In this document: piece after piece, positions 28,360 to 37,634 of the stretch
How the letters are laid out: every line of letters begins with the position of its first letter
How positions within the stretch are numbered: the stretch's first letter is position 1
NCBI GenBank assembly: GCA_963714375.1
Contig: CAVQOG010000002.1
Span: 133,611 to 197,610 of the forward strand
Source of the DNA: an uncultured Acidimicrobiia bacterium
GTDB taxonomy: Bacteria; Actinomycetota; Acidimicrobiia; Spongiisociales; UBA5794
Length of the DNA: 64,000 nucleotides
Direction of reading: 5' to 3'
Notes under the pieces: model-generated
Database searches by the model: none
Seen by the model: only the letters and a program-made list of their open reading frames with translations
What the model was told of the DNA's origin: nothing
Translations under genes and position numbers: made by a program

Positions 28360-30756
28360 TCACAGACGTGACAACGCGAGGTTCAGGAGAGACACCAAAG
28401 TGTCGTACTGAGCGGTCCCGGGTTTGATGTCGATCCACACCACGAGGGCAACGGTGCCCTTGTCATTTCCGCCCGAGACCATGATGACCGTGTCATCGAC
28501 CACCGCGTGACCCCAATCAACGACCCCCGGCAACCCAACAGATTCTGCCCCGAAGAAGTCGACCGTCGCGTTGACGGATTCTGGGCCGGACGGCGGTGTG
28601 ATCTGAATAGACAGGGCTGGAAGGAACCCGCACTGATGGAGGAACTGCGTGGAGTTGTCGTCCTCGGCCGCTGGCGTCTCCACCCCGGGCGCTAGAACTG
28701 ATACCTCTTCCGCCGTGAGAATGGTGCACGCGTCGTAGGTCAGCCCCCAGTCGGGAGGCGGAGGTCCGGTACCTGAACCTGTGGCGCCACCGCCGCCGTC
28801 TGATCCTCCCGTGCCTCCGATCGGTGTCGCGCCGGGCGGTTCGGGTGGGATGTCGCCGCTGTCGGAGATCTTGTCGAAGAAGTACCCGGTGCTTTCGTTC
28901 GGCATACCGAGTCGCAGGCCACCACCGTCCTCACAGATAATCTGGCTGCCGGTGCCGATTGAAGACCCGCTGGTTTGGATGCCGGGGCCGGCATCGATCC
29001 AGCCGTCTCCCATGTCGACCTGGCCCTTGGCCGAGTAACCAACGGTGCTGCCTCCGACGACTTCGGCACGACCGGCTCCGGCTGGGACCAGGCTCACCCA
29101 CCCCGATCCGTCCTGGACGACTCGAACCACAGGTGCCCCCGGGCTGGCGTATTGGAGAATGACCGGTACATGTCCGGTGAAGTCGAAGTACCCGTCTCCC
29201 GAGCCACGGATGACGAGCGAGATCCCGGCGCCGGTTCCCGGCTCGACAAGGAACTCGGCAGCGGTGAAGCCGGTGCTCTTCCATTCTCCGATCAGGCAGG
29301 CATCGAGCGTCGAAGTCGGCTCGTACTCCTTGCAGAAGTCAGCGAGGGACCGTCCTGTGAGCGACATCTCGGCACCAGATGCGTGTCCGGTGAGCCCGAC
29401 ACGGGCCGTTCCCGGAATTGTTTGTCGGAAGATGGCAGACGTTCCAGGGGTGCCATCGGGACATGTGCACCCATCGGGGTTGGTGCACAGGATTTCGGTT
29501 GGGCTGCCCGGATAGCTCAGGTTCACACCATCGGGAAGTTGCATCATCCCGAATGTTGTCGGGGAGACGATCACCACCTCGGCTGTCAACTCCACCTCGC
29601 TGATGCCATACGAGCGAGTCTTGGCCGACAGAACTTCCGACCCGCCGTCAGCGAGAGTTCCAACCACAACGGTGGGTGGCTTGATCTCGATTCCCGGAAT
29701 CCCAGCACCGGACTGGTCCCACTCTGGCGCATTGCCCGGGTCGCGGAAGTACCCGGGTCCCCACGTCGTGAGCATCGACGGATCCGAGATTGCCAACGTT
29801 GCCTGGTACGCGGCTTCGTTACCAGTGTCGCTGGCAGCGGTGATGTCGAGTCCGCTTGTCCACAGTCCCGCACTGTTCTCAGCGACGTGCGCCCAAAAGC
29901 CATTGGCGTCGTACGTCCGTTTGTACAGATCGCGGTCCAGGCCGAGCCATTCCCCCCACCAGACCGACTGGTAACCACCTGAGATCTCCTGCCCGGCCCA
30001 CTCGGCCATGCCTTCCTCGACCCACGCAGGCCGGTACCCGAGACGCGACGGATCCCCGACCGTGAACGAGAAGCAGTGCCACACCTCATGCGCAATAAGA
30101 GTCTCAAGTCTTACCGACGCCACACCATTGGCATCGATCTGTTGCGCCCAAGGGACCCCGAGCTTCGTCACGGTGACTCGGCACTTCGTGGGGGTGCCGG
30201 TAAATGGACCCGCTGGTCCGATCGGCAGCGCCGTGGCCGCCGCTGTCTTGTAAACGAGGTCAGGTGCAATCAGAAGTTCCACCGGGATACCGAGCGGCCG
30301 ACCGACCTTGGCCGCTATCCGGTTCTCAATGTCATGGATGACGTCCAACATGGCAAGCTCATCGACACCGTCGTCGGCTGCCACCACCGCCATGGCCGCT
30401 GTGGCAAGGATCGGCCCCCGTCCCACAGCAACCCCTTCTCCCGTACTCCCCTCGTACCCCTCGATTGCTGATCGCTGCTCCGGGGTCAACTCGTCCCAGT
30501 GGGCACGAACCCACCGGCTCGGACCGGTGCCGGACTGCAGGACAACCTCACCCTGGGCCGGTGTCTCGACGCCTGGGAGTGGCCCGATCGCAGCGGCGTA
30601 CGCCCCGAGGGCAACGTCGAGCGGTACGTAGTCACCTTCGACATCACCAAGAAGGTCATCAAGCGTGCGGTCAGACACCGACTCAGACCCTGATCCTGAC
30701 GAACACGCAGCGACAACCAGACCAACCGCAAACACCAGAACGACGATCCGGCGCAT
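28360..30756 (-). CDS. Lipoprotein with HExxH zinc-metallopeptidase domain and C-terminal DUF3558-like domain
   Basis: MRRIVVLVFAVGLVVAAC lipobox; AHEVWHC...PAWVEEGMAEW; C-terminal YDACTILTAEEV...QCGF. Confidence 0.72.
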   Translation of the reverse strand: MRRIVVLVFAVGLVVAACSSGSGSESVSDRTLDDLLGDVEGDYVPLDVALGAYAAAIGPLPGVETPAQGEVVLQSGTGPSRWVRAHWDELTPEQRSAIEGYEGSTGEGVAVGRGPILATAAMAVVAADDGVDELAMLDVIHDIENRIAAKVGRPLGIPVELLIAPDLVYKTAAATALPIGPAGPFTGTPTKCRVTVTKLGVPWAQQIDANGVASVRLETLIAHEVWHCFSFTVGDPSRLGYRPAWVEEGMAEWAGQEISGGYQSVWWGEWLGLDRDLYKRTYDANGFWAHVAENSAGLWTSGLDITAASDTGNEAAYQATLAISDPSMLTTWGPGYFRDPGNAPEWDQSGAGIPGIEIKPPTVVVGTLADGGSEVLSAKTRSYGISEVELTAEVVIVSPTTFGMMQLPDGVNLSYPGSPTEILCTNPDGCTCPDGTPGTSAIFRQTIPGTARVGLTGHASGAEMSLTGRSLADFCKEYEPTSTLDACLIGEWKSTGFTAAEFLVEPGTGAGISLVIRGSGDGYFDFTGHVPVILQYASPGAPVVRVVQDGSGWVSLVPAGAGRAEVVGGSTVGYSAKGQVDMGDGWIDAGPGIQTSGSSIGTGSQIICEDGGGLRLGMPNESTGYFFDKISDSGDIPPEPPGATPIGGTGGSDGGGGATGSGTGPPPPDWGLTYDACTILTAEEVSVLAPGVETPAAEDDNSTQFLHQCGFLPALSIQITPPSGPESVNATVDFFGAESVGLPGVVDWGHAVVDDTVIMVSGGNDKGTVALVVWIDIKPGTAQYDTLVSLLNLALSRL

Positions 30757-30933
30757 TGACACACGTAGGACGACGGGAAGTCGACGGATACGAACCGATT
30801 GTCGATCCGAGTCGACCCTCATCGTGTAGGTCCAGCGGCGTCCATGGCCACCCCCGTTGTGCACAGGTCACATGGAGACCCGGTGCTTGACGTGAGGCTA
30901 CTCATCCATCAGACCACCGACAAGAGGCTCCCA

Positions 30934-31251
30934 CAAGGCTGTCATTGGCAAACCGAAAACTTGGGCGGAGCGGAGGCCAATCTGGGCGGAGTGTCACTCC
31001 ATCGCTACGCGGGTGACTCGCTGTCGTCCGACACCTGCGACGGACAGCTGTTCTTCATCTCCGGTGACGAGGAGGAGATCTCCGGGCTTGGCGAGTATGC
31101 GATTTGGGGGTCTGGCGGCACGCTCGTTGTGTGCAGGTCAGACGTCGTCATGAAGATCAGCATGGATTGGAACCCGAGATCCACCTTCGAACAGAACCGC
31201 GACTCGGCGATAGCGATGGCGCAGTCCGTTCTCGCCCAGATGGACGGTTGA
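30934..31251 (+). pseudogene. 5'-truncated paralog of lipoprotein 36190..36780
   Basis: QGCHW...RYAG...TCDGQ.FF..GDEEEI.GLG..A.WGS.G.LVVCRSDVVMKI...RDSAIAMA.SV.AQMDG* matches the C-terminal half; no signal peptide or lipobox upstream. Confidence 0.78.
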
Positions 31252-31438
31252 TAGTCACGGCTTTGCATCGCGACTTGCCGACTCGCCTCAGCGCATCGAG
31301 CGGATGGCGGTTTCCGCCCGTGGGTTCGACCGGGGTCCGGGGCTCGTGACCGACGGTAACGCAGAAACAGCATCGTTGAGATGCCGGTAGGTGCGGCCCG
31401 GTACCATGGCGCCAGTCATGGGTGACGAACGGGGGTGA

Positions 31439-32362
31439 GTGATGGGTATGGCTGAAGACCTTCGTCGGTGGGTAGAGGCTGGTCTGATTGACGCCGATAC
31501 CGCCGCACGAATCGTTGAACACGAGACCCAACGCAAGGGCGGCGAACGCGTCGGTCGCGGGACTGAGGCTGTGGCCTATCTCGGTGCGGTTTTGGTGCTC
31601 GTCGCATTGGGAATTCTCGCCGCCGAATTCTGGGATCGCATTGAGCCGTGGGGGCGGTTCACCGTCGGTACCATCGTGACAGGGGTGCTCATTGGGGTTG
31701 GCTGGCTTCTAGGGAGGAGCGCAGAACCAGCGGTCAACCGTGCCCAGGCGTTCGCCTGGTTTCTTGCTGTGGGCGCCGTTGCTCTCACGGCAGGGGTCTT
31801 CTTCGACGGCATCGTGGGAACCGACGCCCAGGACTCGTTCCTGTGGGTATCAATTGTCGCTCTGGCCGCCACGATTGTCCTGTGGCTCGCCCGTCCCTCG
31901 ACTCTTGCGATCATCGCCATGGCCTTCGCGACTTGGGCGATCACGATCGCGATCATCTCCCGACTCGACACCGTGCCCGAGTGGACGTTCGGACTTGCCT
32001 TTGCAGGGCTCGGGATTGCGTGGTTGCTCCTTACCTGGGGCGGGATCCTGCGACCGACTACGGCGAGCTACGCGATCTCAGCGATCGGAATCCTGTTCGT
32101 AGCCTTCCCAGAGGGAAGTCACATGCCTTGGCCACTCCTTGGACTTGCTGGCGCCCTGGCACTCATGGCGCTGTCGGTTCGCCTCAATCAGACCGTGCTC
32201 CTCGGCCTCGGGGTTCTGGGTCTGTTCGTGTACATCCCGATGACGATCTTCGAACTCTTCGAGGAAAGCCTCGGGATTCCTGTTGCTCTCCTCATCACCG
32301 GCCTTGCCCTGCTGGGAGTCGTCGTCGGAACCGTACGATTTCGTAGAGAAGTCGAGACATGA
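31439..32362 (+). CDS. DUF2157-like membrane protein
   Basis: LRRWVEAGLID...A..I...E followed by EAVAYLGAVLV and about 9 TM helices. Confidence 0.75.
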   Translation: MMGMAEDLRRWVEAGLIDADTAARIVEHETQRKGGERVGRGTEAVAYLGAVLVLVALGILAAEFWDRIEPWGRFTVGTIVTGVLIGVGWLLGRSAEPAVNRAQAFAWFLAVGAVALTAGVFFDGIVGTDAQDSFLWVSIVALAATIVLWLARPSTLAIIAMAFATWAITIAIISRLDTVPEWTFGLAFAGLGIAWLLLTWGGILRPTTASYAISAIGILFVAFPEGSHMPWPLLGLAGALALMALSVRLNQTVLLGLGVLGLFVYIPMTIFELFEESLGIPVALLITGLALLGVVVGTVRFRREVET

Positions 32363-32982
32363 CCCGACAGGCGTGGGGCGCTGTTGGCGGTGCCATTGCT
32401 GTCATGGTCGCGGTCGTGGTGATCATCGTCGTAGCGTCGGTGCCGCTTCCCGAGTTCCCTCCCCTTGTCCCGGGCCAGTTCAATGCATCACTTGCCTTCG
32501 TGACAGAGACCAACTGCATTCGAGTCGCCGATCTCACCGATGCGAAAGTACGGGAACTCCATTGCGTGTCGGAACGAGACTGGATCGACGATGTGTTTTG
32601 GACCGAGGCTGGAATCGAGGTTGGTGCTGGAGGGTTCCAATCAACGATCGTGGTGCTTGATCCAGAGACAGGAGATGTCCTCGAGACACGCAACCGCGAC
32701 GATACGTACCCGGGTGACTGGTCGGACAGGGATCAGGGTCTCTTCGTCGACATGTCCTCCGATGGGAAGGTGATGATCCGCGACGGCAACAACCAGGTTC
32801 TTGTCACCTTGGAAGGTCCCGAGACGTACGGAATCGACACGCTCGTCGGGGCGTCAAATAGTCAGATAGTCGCCCTCGTCGACTCCTCCGAACGCCTCGC
32901 CGTGTTCGACCGCGATGCCGGCCAGCCGTACCTCGTCGACATCAATGCGCGATCGTATCCCCCACCAGCCTGGAAACCCTGA
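32359..32982 (+). CDS. Hypothetical membrane-anchored extracellular protein
   Basis: N-terminal TM helix, acidic beta-rich body, 4-nt overlap with the upstream gene. Confidence 0.7.
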   Translation: MTRQAWGAVGGAIAVMVAVVVIIVVASVPLPEFPPLVPGQFNASLAFVTETNCIRVADLTDAKVRELHCVSERDWIDDVFWTEAGIEVGAGGFQSTIVVLDPETGDVLETRNRDDTYPGDWSDRDQGLFVDMSSDGKVMIRDGNNQVLVTLEGPETYGIDTLVGASNSQIVALVDSSERLAVFDRDAGQPYLVDINARSYPPPAWKP

Positions 32983-33093
32983 GTACGTACGTCGTCAAGA
33001 TGGAAGACCTCAGCTGTTTTTGCGGTCTGTGGACCTTCGGGTCATCGCGAGCCGAGATGACAGAATTGCACCCATGGCGGACACAAATCCTGC

Positions 33094-33407
33094 GTGAGTA
33101 TCGAGATCGATCGAAAACGCCGGTTCGAGATGGTCGCTGCCGAGATTTCGGATCCCGTGCAGCGGTACCTGCGTCGCCGCGCCACTGCGGAGGACGCTGA
33201 CGACGCGCACTCTGAAACGCTCCTGACCACACCACCGTGATCGTGACAGCTCCCGCCGGATTCGAGGCACTCATCGGAAGCGTTCCGTTCGTCGAGGGAG
33301 GAGACTTTCTCATTTCAGCAATCGACGGTGTTGTGAACTATTGCGGCATGAGCGGTGAGGCCACATCTGAGCTGCAGACACTGTACGACGCGGCGTTCGC
33401 CGGATAA
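33094..33407 (+). pseudogene. Deletion scar: ECF sigma N-terminus joined out of frame to the C-terminus of another gene
   Basis: 33094-33240 encodes ..RRFEMVAAEISDPVQRYLRRRATAEDADDAHSETLL (sigma region-2-like) then stops; a shifted frame 33231-33407 encodes TTVIVTAPAGFEALIGSVPFVEGGDFLISAIDGVVNYCGMSGEATSELQTLYDAAFAG*. Confidence 0.7.
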
Positions 33408-33530
33408 GGACACCACACGATCTTCAACACGGAAGATGGCCCCGGCGAGAGCTGGGGCCATCTTTTCGTGTGATCGTCGGGGCTCAGGTTGGCAGAGAAG
33501 CCGATCTCATGATCGGTTCTGAATTTTGAT

Positions 33531-33560
33531 GTCACCCGTAGCATCGTTTCGTCCGTCTGT
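33531..33560 (+). promoter_or_regulatory. ECF sigma promoter GTCACCC-N16-CGTCTGT (copy 1)
   Basis: Same boxes and spacing as the copy at 34642-34671; 36 nt upstream of ATG 33597. Confidence 0.75.
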
Positions 33561-33596
33561 CATGATGAAGCCGCACAACGAGAACGGAGACCTTCG

Positions 33597-33992
33597 ATGG
33601 CATGGTGGACACTTGAGCTGATCACGACGGGCGTGCTACTCGTGATCGTCCTCGTTCTCGGACCGCTGATCAAGCGCTACGGGAAGAGCTACGCGGCCGA
33701 CGTCTTCGCCGCCAACCCGCGAACCGGGAAGAGCTACCTCGTTCTGATGGACGTGGCCTACTACCTGATCTTCGGTGCATACATCCTTCTGACCATTCAG
33801 TTTGATCCGCCTCCGGACTGGGATGAAACCGTCAACGCTGCCCAGCTCCAAAGCGAAACCGTTCGCATCGCAGGACTCCTGATCCTGATGGGTCTTCTCC
33901 ATGGTCTCAATGTCATAACCCTCCCCATCATCGGCAGATTGCTGTCGCTGAACCGACGCCTCGATGACGACATCGAGTCCAACAGCGCTTAG
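33597..33992 (+). CDS. Small 3-TM membrane protein, paralog of the anti-sigma membrane domain
   Basis: LGPLIKRYGKSYAADVF...TG...L.DVAYYLIF...RIAGLL..MGLLHGLN...LP.IG aligns with 35209..35946. Confidence 0.8.
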   Translation: MAWWTLELITTGVLLVIVLVLGPLIKRYGKSYAADVFAANPRTGKSYLVLMDVAYYLIFGAYILLTIQFDPPPDWDETVNAAQLQSETVRIAGLLILMGLLHGLNVITLPIIGRLLSLNRRLDDDIESNSA

Positions 33993-34087
33993 GCGCACCC
34001 CAACCCCACCTCCGTGCAACCGATCCGACAAACCCGTCGGAACCACTGACCTGCCACGTGCAGGCACGATGAGAAGGAAGCACATAT

Positions 34088-34588
34088 ATGGAAACAGCCA
34101 AACGGATGATCCGGCTGCGGGTCGCATTGGTCGCGGTCATCGCGATGTTTGCGGTCGTGCTGGTTGCGAACCAGGCAGATGCGAAAGGTGTCGACGTCAC
34201 AACCGGACGCTTTGTGACGACGGCCGCCGGTACGGAAAAGGGATACGACATCCAGGGTTTCGCCATCATGCTCCGAGTTCCGAAGGGCGACGACGGACGC
34301 ACCTACGTCAGCGTCTTCGTACGAGGTCTCGATGCGAACACGACATACAAAGCGCATGTCCACAACGCTCCCTGTTCTACGGGCGGCGGCGGCGGGCACT
34401 ACCAGCACGCGGTTGGCGGGGTGGTTGACGCAGTCAACGAAATATGGCCGACAATCACGACCCAACGGCGTGGTTTGGGCTGGGGCTCGGCGTCACACGG
34501 TCACTTGGCACGACCCGATGCACAGTCGATCGTCATCCATTGGCCTGCTGATTCCTCCGTCAGGCTCGCTTGCGCAGATCTGGGCTGA
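34088..34588 (+). CDS. Exported Cu/Zn superoxide dismutase-fold protein
   Basis: Signal peptide (QADA); GL....Y.AHVHNAPC...GGGHY...NEIW...SIVIH...RLACADL. Confidence 0.75.
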   Translation: METAKRMIRLRVALVAVIAMFAVVLVANQADAKGVDVTTGRFVTTAAGTEKGYDIQGFAIMLRVPKGDDGRTYVSVFVRGLDANTTYKAHVHNAPCSTGGGGGHYQHAVGGVVDAVNEIWPTITTQRRGLGWGSASHGHLARPDAQSIVIHWPADSSVRLACADLG

Positions 34589-34599
34589 GGTTGCACGAA

Positions 34600-34632
34600 G
34601 GAGAGAGGGAGGCATTGCGCCTTCCTCTCTCC
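34600..34632 (+). terminator. Strong hairpin after the SOD-like gene
   Basis: GGAGAGAGGGAGGC-attgc-GCCTTCCTCTCTCC. Confidence 0.7.
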
Positions 34633-34641
34633 GGGGTTCCG

Positions 34642-34671
34642 GTCACCCAAACGCCAGGTTCACTCGTCTGT
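34642..34671 (+). promoter_or_regulatory. ECF sigma promoter GTCACCC-N16-CGTCTGT (copy 2; autoregulatory, probably leaderless)
   Basis: The -10 box ends 7 nt before ATG 34679 of the sigma gene. Confidence 0.75.
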
Positions 34672-34678
34672 AGCATCG

Positions 34679-35212
34679 ATGGAACGTGAAGTCGCTGTAC
34701 CAATGACGGTCGAGATCGATCGGGATGCGCTCGTCGCATCCCTTTATGACCGCGAGGGGGTGGCACTGGTCCGACTCGCCCGATTGTTCACAGACGATCG
34801 TGCGGCCGCCGAGGACGTCGTTCAAGAAGCGTTCATCCGACTGCATCGGAACGCCCATCGGATCGAGGATCAGGGGAAGGCGGCGGCGTATATGCGATCA
34901 ATCGTTCTCAACCTTGCCCGCGACCACAACCGCAGAGGTCTCATGTCGCTCCGACATCAGGAATCGCTCGTACCCGGAGGCGAACTCCCATCACCCGAGG
35001 ACCGCATCGTGAGAACAGAGGACCAGGTCGAAGTCGTCGAGGCGTTACGTGACCTGCCCGGTCGGCAGCGCGACTGTCTCGTCCTGCGGTTCTATCTCGA
35101 TTTGACCGAGACCGAGATTGCCGACACGATCGGGATCTCCAAGAACTCAGTGAAGACACACTGCAAGCGAGGCATGGCTGCCCTGAAACGTCGTCTGGGG
35201 GAAATGCAATGA
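34679..35212 (+). CDS. ECF RNA polymerase sigma factor, Streptomyces SigE-like family
   Basis: LVRLARL...AAEDVVQEAF...AYMRSIVLNLAR; LPGRQRDCLVLRFYLDLTETEIADTIGIS..SVKTH..RG. Confidence 0.9.
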   Translation: MEREVAVPMTVEIDRDALVASLYDREGVALVRLARLFTDDRAAAEDVVQEAFIRLHRNAHRIEDQGKAAAYMRSIVLNLARDHNRRGLMSLRHQESLVPGGELPSPEDRIVRTEDQVEVVEALRDLPGRQRDCLVLRFYLDLTETEIADTIGISKNSVKTHCKRGMAALKRRLGEMQ

Positions 35213-35946
35213 CCATCGAACAGCGATTGCGCGACGCCATGCAGGGAACCGACGGCTACGAACCCGCACCGGACCTGTTTGCCAAGGTACAACGCTCGAT
35301 TCACGAGGACCGACTGCACCGTCGCCGAGTGCGTCGAATCGTCCTCGGATGCGTCGCGTTCCTGGTACTCATCGCTGGTTGGCTGGCCATATGGTGGGAC
35401 CCGCAACCGGATGCGTCTCCGCTGCCATGGTGGTCGGTCGTGGCGGTCATCGTGGTTCTACAGATGGCATTGGTGCTGATCCTCGGACCTTCGATCAGAC
35501 GGTTCGGCAAGGCATATGCCGCCGACATCTTCCGAACGTCCCCTGGTACAGGGAACCGATTCCTGTCGCTGCTCGATGCTGCGTACTACCTCGTGTTCAC
35601 GGGAATGGTGCTTCTGGCGGTTCCGTTCGCTGAGCATTCTGCCTGGACGGGTTCGAGAGGGCTGTCTGTGCTCATCGAAGAAGGTGCTCTTCGAATCGGA
35701 GTGCTGCTGCTCGCGATGGGCATGCTGCATGCACTCACGATCTTCGCACTCCCGATGGTCGGACTCATATTTGCTGCGAATCGACATCGAACCGTTGTGC
35801 GCCAAACCAAGAACGAGTGGGCTCCCGAGGTACGACGTGCACACCGCACGGTGAACGTCGTACTCATCCTTGTCGCCGCGTTCGTCGCGATCAACGTCAT
35901 CGCACCGCTGCTCCTGTCCCTCCTCGGATTCTTCTTCAACGCGTGA
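35209..35946 (+). CDS. Putative membrane anti-sigma factor
   Basis: 4-nt overlap with the sigma gene; IEQRLRDAM...P.PDL..KV...RRRVRR cytoplasmic segment followed by about 5 TM helices. Confidence 0.72.
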   Translation: MTIEQRLRDAMQGTDGYEPAPDLFAKVQRSIHEDRLHRRRVRRIVLGCVAFLVLIAGWLAIWWDPQPDASPLPWWSVVAVIVVLQMALVLILGPSIRRFGKAYAADIFRTSPGTGNRFLSLLDAAYYLVFTGMVLLAVPFAEHSAWTGSRGLSVLIEEGALRIGVLLLAMGMLHALTIFALPMVGLIFAANRHRTVVRQTKNEWAPEVRRAHRTVNVVLILVAAFVAINVIAPLLLSLLGFFFNA

Positions 35947-36189
35947 CGCGTGTCACCCGGAACGTCGATATGAATCGGAAACGTGTGACCGTACGACTCC
36001 CCGAGATGTCATCTCAGGGGCGAGAGGCGCAGCAGCGTCCCCGAAGAAAACGGGCCGCGTCGTGCTCTCCGTCACGCGTCCTGGCTCGACAGATATTGGA
36101 AGGATGCTTACCATCAAACCGTTATGGATGGTTCCAGGTGCGTGGGACTCGTGTCCACGCTGCGACGGATTTCCCGGAGGAGCAATCAG

Positions 36190-36780
36190 ATGGGCAGCAA
36201 CGGATCTCGGATCAAATATGTGGCAACATTCCTCGGCCTGACGTTGCTTCTGGTGGCGTGCAGCGGTTCCGATGGTGATGGTACGACGGCAACAACGGCT
36301 GCCGCGAGCGTCGACACGACGGTCGGTGGTGCACCGACGACCGGTAGCGATGACACGCTTCCCCCCGATTTCGGATCGTCCGATGACCCACTGGCTGCCG
36401 TACCGGGTTGCGATCTGCTGACCGACGATGAAATTGCCACCGTTACGGGTGCGCCAGTCACGAGCAGCGAGGAGATCGGAGTTCAAGGCTGTCATTGGTT
36501 CACCGAAAACCAGGGTGAGGTGCGACTGAATCGATACGCGGGCGGCAACCTGGCGTCCGGCACATGCGATGGACAGATGTTCTTCATGGACGGTGACGAG
36601 GAGGAGATCCAAGGGCTTGGCGACCAGGCCACTTGGGGATCCACCGGCATCCTCGTGGTATGCAGGTCCGACGTGGTCATGAAGATCGATGTCGATTACA
36701 GCCCCAACACCACCATTGAGGAGGACCGCGATTCGGCCATCGCGATGGCTCGGTCCGTCTTCGCCCAGATGGATGGCTGA
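36190..36780 (+). CDS. DUF3558-like lipoprotein
   Basis: GGAGGAG RBS; LLLVAC lipobox; PGCDLLTDDEIATVTG...GCHW...IQGLGDQA. Confidence 0.72.
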   Translation: MGSNGSRIKYVATFLGLTLLLVACSGSDGDGTTATTAAASVDTTVGGAPTTGSDDTLPPDFGSSDDPLAAVPGCDLLTDDEIATVTGAPVTSSEEIGVQGCHWFTENQGEVRLNRYAGGNLASGTCDGQMFFMDGDEEEIQGLGDQATWGSTGILVVCRSDVVMKIDVDYSPNTTIEEDRDSAIAMARSVFAQMDG

Positions 36781-36805
36781 TCGACGGCTCTGACGGTACG
36801 ACGGA

Positions 36806-36837
36806 CTCGGGACAAGGCGTTTACGCCCTGTCCCGAG
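36806..36837. terminator. Hairpin between convergent genes
   Basis: CTCGGGACAAGGCG-ttta-CGCCCTGTCCCGAG (one mismatch). Confidence 0.65.
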
Positions 36838-36846
36838 CAGCCGGAT

Positions 36847-37527
36847 TCAACCACGTCGAACAGCAACGACGCCGGTCGCGATCATCCAACCGATTCCGAT
36901 CGGAACGATCGCAAATCCCAGCGACGCCGATTGTCCGAGGAAGATCGCCACAGCGGATAGGAGACCGGACAGACCAGCCAACGCCGCCCAGCCAACCAGC
37001 CATCGGGGCATCCACGCCCGACGCCCGGAGAGTGCCAACAGGACCGGGCTGAGTCCAATGATGATGATCGTTGCGATGTCATCGAGTGTCGTACCCAGGA
37101 AGGCAAGCGTGTCTGCGAGCTCGTACGAAGTCGAGCCCGCCCCTGCCAGGCGAGTCAGCGCGCCAAGCAGAAGAAACGCCGGAATCGCTACAGCAGCCCC
37201 GACCGCGAAGGACGTCCTCGCCGCCCAACCAGCGGATCCGCCGCTGGCCCCTGCCACCATGCCTCCACCGATCGCCATGGTGAGCGCGCCGATGGACCAT
37301 GCAGCCAAACCGGCGTACAGCACCGATGTACTCGATGCGGCATCGACAAGGAACGCCGTCGTATCGCCCGATGAAACCGCTTTCCATGCATCGGCACCTG
37401 ACGAGAAATACAGTGCAGCGCCGACGAGCATGGTCACCGCACCAAGCACCATCACCCATCCGCTACTCCGCAGTCCCTGCGTGTTGTGAGCCGCTACTTC
37501 TTGGTCTTGATCAAGAACCGTGGTCAT
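36847..37527 (-). CDS. Membrane protein (DUF4386-like, about 6 TM)
   Basis: Hydrophobic helices; W.PRWL..WA...G..GLL and W..ATG C-terminal pattern; divergent from a TetR gene. Confidence 0.65.
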   Translation of the reverse strand: MTTVLDQDQEVAAHNTQGLRSSGWVMVLGAVTMLVGAALYFSSGADAWKAVSSGDTTAFLVDAASSTSVLYAGLAAWSIGALTMAIGGGMVAGASGGSAGWAARTSFAVGAAVAIPAFLLLGALTRLAGAGSTSYELADTLAFLGTTLDDIATIIIIGLSPVLLALSGRRAWMPRWLVGWAALAGLSGLLSAVAIFLGQSASLGFAIVPIGIGWMIATGVVAVRRG

Positions 37528-37587
37528 CCGAAACCTCCTATTCACAGTGCGCACCATCGTGCACGTATGTTGCACGCATTGTATAGA

Positions 37588-37608
37588 ACTTGCACACTCT
37601 CTGCAAGT
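37588..37608. promoter_or_regulatory. Probable TetR operator
   Basis: ACTTGCA-cactctc-TGCAAGT inverted repeat in the divergent promoter. Confidence 0.65.
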
Positions 37609-37634
37609 AGTGCATTTCGTGGTAGGATGAGTGC

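Noticed and set aside
34014-34040. Third ECF promoter (GCAAC...CGTC) before the SOD-like gene; also GTCACCC at 35952
   Set aside because: The spacer is 3 nt too short in the first case, and there is no CGTC -10 box at the right distance in the second
30934-36780. Diversity-generating retroelement TR/VR pair
   Set aside because: No reverse transcriptase in the window, and the differences between the copies are not adenine-specific
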